64,000 nt of DNA from Mobula hypostoma (Eukaryota): positions 247,568,001 to 247,632,000 of the forward strand of contig NC_086097.1 of the NCBI RefSeq assembly GCF_963921235.1, given 5' to 3'. Under the pieces are notes generated by a model. That model saw only the letters and a list, made by a program, of their open reading frames with translations, did not search any database and was not told where the DNA came from. The position numbers were made by a program, and so were the translations under genes. Below are positions 60,997 through 64,000 of the stretch, in pieces (the stretch's first letter is position 1; the number at the start of each line of letters is the position of its first letter).

Positions 60997-61869
60997 CCTG
61001 CAGGTCACACTTGGGCAAGGTGTAGCACCTGCTTAGCCCCCTCCCCCCACCCGATCAGGGTCACGTGAAGCCATGTAAGCAGGTGGTGGATGGTCGTATG
61101 AGCAGCTGGTGCACATCACACAGGTCCTGGTTATGCGACCACTGGCATCAGGCAGACAGTCTTGGAAGAGTATTGATAATGGCTGGGGGTCACCCACCTT
61201 GTAAAGACACTGCCAAGAAAAAGGCAATGGCAAACCACTTCTGCAGAAGAATTTGCCAAGAATGATCATCGTCAAAATGCATGATATCGCACATCATATG
61301 GCATGGCACATGATGACGATAATGATGATGACAGTATATATTACCATATACTACCTTGAGATTTGCTTTCTTGCAAGCACTCCCAGTGGAATAAAACACA
61401 ATAGAATCTAGAAAAAATTGCACACAAAAACTGACAAATCACCAATGTGCAAATAAAAATGTATAAATAAATAAACAAGCTAACAAACAAATAACTAAAC
61501 ACTGAGCACATGAGTTGTAGAATCCTTGAAAGTGAGTCTGTAGGTTGTGGAATCAGTTCAGAGTTGAGGTGAGCGAAGTTTTCCACACTGGATCAGGAGC
61601 CTGATGATTGAGGGGTAATAACTGTTCCTGAACCTAGTGGTGTGGGACCTGAGGCTCCTGTACCTTCTGCTCGATAGGAGCAATGAGAAGAGAGCATGGC
61701 CTGGATGGTGGGGGTCCTTGATGATGGATGCTGCTTTCCTATGGCAACACTCTGTGTAAATGTGCTCTTTGCTCCTCTGCACAGATGCTGCCTGACCTGC
61801 CGAGTATGTGCTGGAGGCACCCTCAGCGGTTGCTATGCTTCTAGCGCCATCGTAGCGTGCCCACGTCTC

Positions 61870-62032
61870 AGCAACCCTAACCCCTACGTCTTTGGAATGT
61901 GAGTGGAAACTGGAGCTCCCGGGGAAACATGGGGAGAATGTACAAACTCCTTATAGACAGCAGCGGAAATTGATCCCTGATATTCCAATTGCCAGCGCTG
62001 TAAAGTGTTGCTCTAACTGCTATGCTACCCTG
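61870..62032 (-). mobile_element. V-SINE
   Basis: Reverse complement GGTAGCATAGCAGTTAGAGC head and GAGCTCCAGTTTCCACTCACATTCCAAAGAC. Confidence 0.65.
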
Positions 62033-62736
62033 CCACCCTACGGAAATAGGTAATAAACACTGGCTTTGATAAAGCATTCACTTGTAAAATGAAAAGGGAA
62101 TTAATAATCTCCTGTGGGAATGGATTAATGATAATATAACTCAAAACACTTTTAAAAAGTAGTTGTCCGATAATGCAGCCTAAATGAAATAGGCCGATAC
62201 TGAATATTGAATTAACTTTATTTCAACAGCATTCTGTCAATCATAATGACATTTCCTGATATGCTTGCAGAATAATTGTGCAAATATATCAAAATTAGAT
62301 TGACTTATGATTTTTCTTCTTTACTTGGATCTGCCAGAAACATTCAGTGATTTGGGAATATTAACATATATCTTAATGTACTTTATCCCCAGAGAATCCA
62401 ACTAATAAAAAACACATTTGCTGATTCCACATAAAACGTGGTTTCTTTCCTCTGTGGTGTTTGCTCTAATTGATTCCCAGTCAATTTAATTGGCCCAGAA
62501 TATTGTGTGAAGGTAAGAAACCTTTGCCAAGTAACCGCATTCTCGAAAAGCCACAGGCCCAACTATCCATCCAGTTTCTGGACAAGTAATGGCTCACCCA
62601 CTATTTTCTCTCTCCTAATGTTTTGCTCTGTTGACCACTGTAGGCACGCCATGTTGGCACCAGAATGTGTGCTGACACTTGTGGGTCCTCAGATGTGTTG
62701 GCTGTTAACAAAAATGACATACTTTGTTCAGTAAAA

Positions 62737-63035
62737 GAGGCCACTCAGTGTATGATCACGGTCTTCTGCCGCTTCACTTCAAGTTCGATGTGCTGTGCGT
62801 TCAGAGAGGTTCTTCTGCACGCCGCTGTTGTAATGTGTGGTTATTTGAGTTACTGTCACCTTCCTGTCAGCTTGAACCAGTCTGGCCATTCTCCTCTGAC
62901 CTCTCTCATTAACGAGGTGTTTTCGCCCACAGAACTGACGCTCACTGGATGCTCTTTGTTTTTTTGTTTTTCACACCATTTTCCATAAAGTCTAGAGTCT
63001 GTTGTGCACGAAAGTCCCCAGAAACCAGCAGCTTC
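62737..63035 (-). mobile_element. Tc1-derived non-autonomous element fragment
   Basis: Homologous to 52550-52825. Confidence 0.75.
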
Positions 63036-63038
63036 TAG

Positions 63039-64000
63039 GTTGGAGGGCCCGCTGGTTCGAGTCACTGCTGTTGGAGGGGCTGCGGGTTCGAGTCACTGCT
63101 GTCGGAGGGCCCGCTGATTCGAGTCACTGCTGTCGGAGGGCCCGCTGGTTCGAGTCACTGCTGTTGGAGGGCCCGCTGGTTCGGGTCACTGCTGTCGGAG
63201 GGCCCGCTGGTTCGAGTCACTGCTGTCGGAGGGCCCGCTGGTTCGAGTCACTGCTGTTGGAGGGCCCGCTGGTTCGAGTCACTGCTGTCGGAGGGGCTGC
63301 GGGTTCGGTTCACTGCTGTCGGAGGGGCTGCGGGTTCGAATCACTGCTGTCGGAGGGCCCGCTGGTTCGAGTCACTGCTGTCGGAGGGGCTGCGGGTTCG
63401 GGTCACTGCTGTCGGAGGGGCTGCGGGTTCGAATCACTGCTGTCGGAGGGCCCGCTGGTTCGAGTCACTGCTGTCGGAGGGGCTGCGGGTTCGAGTCACT
63501 GCTGTCGGACGGGCTGCGGGTTCGAATCACTGCTGTCGGAGGGCCCGCTGGTTCGAGTCACTGCTGTTGGAGGGCCCGCTGGTTCGAGTCACTGCTGTCG
63601 GAGAGGCTGCGGGTTCGAATCACTGCTGTCGGAGGGCCCGCTGGTTCGAGTCACTGCTGTTGGAGGGCCCGCTGGTTCGGGTCACTGCTGTCGGAGGGCC
63701 CGCTGGTTCGAGTCACGGCTGTCGGAGGGGCTGCGGGTTCGAGTCACTGCTGTCGGACGGGCTGCGGGTTCGAATCACTGCTGTCGGAGGGCCCGCTGGT
63801 TCGAGTCACTGCTGTCGGGAGGGGCTGCGGGTTCGGGTCACTGCTGTCGGAGGGGCTGCGGGTTTGTGTCACTGCTGTCGGACGGGCTGCGGGTTCGAGT
63901 CACTGCTGTCGGACGGGCTGCGGGTTCGGGTCACTGCTGTCAGAGGGGCTGCGGGTTCGAGTCACTGCTGTCGGAGGGGCTGCGGGTTTGTGTCACTGCT
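63039..64000 (+). repeat. 31-bp GC-rich minisatellite, about 31 units, running off the window end
   Basis: Units GGAGGGCCCGCTGGTTCGAGTCACTGCTGTC (A) and GGAGGGGCTGCGGGTTCGAGTCACTGCTGTC (B) interspersed. Confidence 0.97.

Larger units (their letters stand above)
58715..61330 (+). mobile_element. RTE-derived SINE (58715-58785 plus 60997-61330) hosting the hAT
   Basis: The two halves rejoin into the 38678/48685 family sequence. Confidence 0.8.

Noticed and set aside
63039..64000. CRISPR-like array
   Set aside because: No unique spacers (only two recurring variants), no cas genes, eukaryotic context; it is a tandem repeat.

Overview
Eukaryotic, almost entirely transposable-element-derived DNA. 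The repeat spectrum suggests an intron or intergenic region of a cartilaginous fish (shark/ray); that assignment is inference. The repeats are many CR1 LINE families, Rex1/Babar-like LINEs, Penelope-like elements (PLEs) with GIY-YIG endonuclease, HE1-like V-SINEs, RTE-derived SINEs, Tc1 and hAT. No intact host gene is recognisable; there is only one weak exon candidate. All long ORFs are retrotransposon reverse transcriptases or transposase remnants, often nested three levels deep with readable target-site duplications (TSDs). Most notable points: (i) about ten minimal type-I hammerhead ribozyme motifs (AGTC-CTGAYGA-A-GGGT-CTCG-RCCC-GAAA-CGTC-GACT) lie in the PLE terminal repeats, some as short stand-alone modules. 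(ii) A non-coding ~650-bp retroelement family has an L1-like YY1 head and a 3' stem-loop. (iii) RTE-derived bipartite elements have structured 5' ends that partly resemble an HDV-like ribozyme. (iv) A 31-bp two-variant minisatellite carries a Pol III B-box match in most units. (v) A hAT with a perfect 8-bp TSD has its catalytic core replaced by a hammerhead-bearing PLE fragment. Boundaries were read by eye and are approximate unless a TSD is quoted.
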